A stretch of 64,000 bases of DNA from an uncultured Bacillota bacterium (GTDB taxonomy: Bacteria; Bacillota_I; Bacilli_A; RF39; UBA660), in NCBI GenBank assembly GCA_947165195.1, contig CAMUZJ010000001.1:14288-78287 (forward strand), read 5' to 3'. The translations under genes were made by a program, and so were the position numbers. How positions within the stretch are numbered: the stretch's first letter is position 1; every line of letters starts with the position of its first letter. Below are positions 62,357-64,000 of the stretch, piece after piece. The notes under the pieces were generated by a model. That model saw only the letters and a list, made by a program, of their open reading frames with translations. It made no database searches and was not told the DNA's origin.

Positions 62357-63180
62357 TGACTATTGAAGAGCTTTTATGTTATGGAAGGCAATATGTACAT
62401 TCAGATTATGCAAAAATACTTTTAGCAGAACTACTTAATAAAAACGTTTTAGAACTATACAACTATTTAAATGAACTTGTACCAGAAGATAAAGTAGATT
62501 TATATAAAGAAGAAATAAATGCATTAGCAAATAATAAACCACTACAGTACGTTATAGGAAATGTAAATTTCTTTGGAAATAAATTTATTGTAAATGAAAA
62601 TGTATTAATTCCAAGATTTGAGACAGAAGAATTAGTAGATTATACTATAAAATATGCAAAAAAATATTTTAATTATCCAGTAGACATTATTGACTTAGGT
62701 ACAGGAAGCGGCATCATAGGATTAACATTAGAAAAAAAATTAGTAACGAATTCAGTAGATTTAGTAGATATTAGTAAAGAAGCTTTAGAAATAGCTAAAA
62801 AAAATAAAGAAAATTTACAATTACACGCCAATACTATTTTAAGTGATATGTGGCAAAATGTTGATAAAAAATACGATATTATCATTAGTAACCCACCATA
62901 CATAAAAGAAAAAGAAGAAATAGAAGAAATAGTAAAAGAAAATGAGCCACATTTAGCACTTTATGCTGGAGAAGATGGATTAGATTGCTATAGAAAAATT
63001 TTTAAAGATATAAAAGCTCATATGAAAGAAAAGTCTCTTATTGCATTAGAAATAGGAATGACTCAAGCACAAGATATAGTAAATATCATTCATGAAACAC
63101 TTGAAAATGTACAAATAGAAATAAAAAAAGATCTATCAGAAAGAGATAGAATGATATTTATTTTTAAAAATCTTGAATAA
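62356..63180 (+). CDS. prmC: Release factor glutamine N5-methyltransferase
   Basis: The NPPY motif (SNPPYI) and SAM motif DLGTGSG. Translationally coupled to prfA. Confidence 0.9.
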   Translation: MTIEELLCYGRQYVHSDYAKILLAELLNKNVLELYNYLNELVPEDKVDLYKEEINALANNKPLQYVIGNVNFFGNKFIVNENVLIPRFETEELVDYTIKYAKKYFNYPVDIIDLGTGSGIIGLTLEKKLVTNSVDLVDISKEALEIAKKNKENLQLHANTILSDMWQNVDKKYDIIISNPPYIKEKEEIEEIVKENEPHLALYAGEDGLDCYRKIFKDIKAHMKEKSLIALEIGMTQAQDIVNIIHETLENVQIEIKKDLSERDRMIFIFKNLE

Positions 63181-63193
63181 AATAAAAAAACTT

Positions 63194-63230
63194 TCTCACT
63201 ATACCTTTGAAAAGGAGAGTGAGATTTTTT
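63194..63230 (+). terminator. Hairpin plus T-tract between prmC and spoIIR that sequesters the spoIIR RBS
   Basis: Outer stem TCTCACT/AGTGAGA and inner stem CCTTT/AAAGG, then T6 abutting the ATG. The GGAGAG Shine-Dalgarno lies inside the 3' arm. Confidence 0.5.
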
Positions 63231-63743
63231 ATGAAAAAATTTCTAATATATTTAGCAATTATTATAATATTACTATCTATGGCAAAAGACAAAAATATTA
63301 CTATACCAAAAGAAAGTATACGATTTAGAGTGATTGCGAATAGTGATTCCATAGAAGATCAATTATTAAAAAAAGAAGTCGTTAACCATTTAAAAATAGA
63401 AATAGAAGATTTGCCAATTAAAAATACTTCTCTAGAAAATACAAGAAATATTATAAGAAAACAATTACCAACTTTTGATGAAATTGTGAAAAATACTCTT
63501 CAATCTACTCCTTATAAAGATAATTATTCCATATATTATGGTTATAATTATTTTCCTAAAAAAGAATATAAAGGTATCGTTTTTGATGAAGGAAAGTATG
63601 AGTCTTTAGTAATAACTATAGGAGATGGATTAGGAGAAAACTTTTGGTGTATACTATTTCCTCCTCTATGTAAAATAGATGAAAATATATCAGAAGTAGA
63701 ATATAAATCTTTTGTAAAAGAAATCTTAAAGAAATATTTCTAA
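63231..63743 (+). CDS. spoIIR: Stage II sporulation protein R (signal for pro-sigma-E processing)
   Basis: IRFRVIANSDSIEDQLLKKEV vs B. subtilis IRLRILANSDSDQDQQLKRHI, and ENFWCILFPPLC vs ANWWCVLFPPLC. An N-terminal signal/TM segment is present. Confidence 0.85.
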   Translation: MKKFLIYLAIIIILLSMAKDKNITIPKESIRFRVIANSDSIEDQLLKKEVVNHLKIEIEDLPIKNTSLENTRNIIRKQLPTFDEIVKNTLQSTPYKDNYSIYYGYNYFPKKEYKGIVFDEGKYESLVITIGDGLGENFWCILFPPLCKIDENISEVEYKSFVKEILKKYF

Positions 63744-63764
63744 ATAGATATGCATACGATAAAA

Positions 63765-63788
63765 TAGATAATAAGTATCTATTTTTTT
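63765..63788 (+). terminator. Rho-independent terminator after spoIIR
   Basis: A TAGATA-ataag-TATCTA hairpin followed by T7. Confidence 0.6.
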
Positions 63789-63864
63789 ACGTTAAGAGTG
63801 AAATTAATTTATTTATTAATTGACATTATAATATTAATTTCTTATTATTTAAGTAGGTGATAAA

Positions 63865-64000
63865 ATGTTAGTTAATTCAAAAGAAATGCTTATAAAAGCT
63901 AAAGAAGGTCATTATGCAGTGCCACATTTTAATATTAATAATTTAGAGTGGACAAAGTACATTTTAGAAAAATGTAATGAATTAAACATCCCAGTTATAT
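63865..64000 (+). CDS. fba: Class II fructose-bisphosphate aldolase, N-terminal fragment truncated by the window end
   Basis: [35 protein letters not shown], matching the class II FBA N-terminus (compare [23 protein letters not shown]). Confidence 0.7.
   Translation, partial: MLVNSKEMLIKAKEGHYAVPHFNINNLEWTKYILEKCNELNIPVI

Noticed and set aside
1-64000. Mobile elements, prophage, toxin-antitoxin, restriction-modification or other defence islands
   Set aside because: No transposase, integrase, recombinase, phage structural gene, Cas gene or restriction/methylase pair is present. The only island-like insertion is the sipW cassette, which lacks any mobility gene or flanking direct repeats that I could see.

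Overview
This window is the chromosomal origin of replication of a very AT-rich (roughly 27% GC) endospore-forming low-GC Firmicute. The gene content and order are Clostridia- or Bacillus-like. Two replication-codirectional gene blocks diverge from a bipartite oriC at about 31.9-33.7 kb.

The leftward block lies on the minus strand and runs dnaA-dnaN-comK-like-recF-gyrB-gyrA. After a 1.2 kb ORF-free spacer it continues tadA-dnaX-ybaB-recR-bofA-holB-ricT-yabB-rsmI-pth-mfd-hypothetical-tatD. A sipW-linked secreted-protein island follows, then ksgA-yabG-veg-spoVG-yabP-yabQ-divIC-tilS-ftsH-mscL-dusB-RDD-lysS.

The rightward block lies on the plus strand and runs rpmH-rnpA-yidC-jag-mnmE-mnmG-rsmG-noc-like-soj-spo0J-mscS-DUF951-abgT-ychF-pgeF. 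It continues rpsF-ssb-rpsR-DHH-rplI-dnaB-M23/LysM peptidase-yycJ-rlmH-ung, then lemA and a class A PBP (both minus strand), then DUF1934-argS-rpoE(delta)-prfA-prmC-spoIIR-fba'.

I found no rRNA, tRNA, CRISPR array, transposase or integrase. The most unusual content is:
- a SipW-type signal peptidase with two paralogous secreted proteins inserted into the conserved tatD-ksgA block;
- a 1.2 kb gene-free region between tadA and gyrA that is full of GC-rich perfect palindromes and TTGCGT half-site arrays;
- a ComK homolog at the yaaA position preceded by three perfect Spo0A (0A) boxes;
- a Noc/ParB paralog with a long Asn-rich disordered tail.

All calls come from reading the translations and the DNA by eye; no database search was run.
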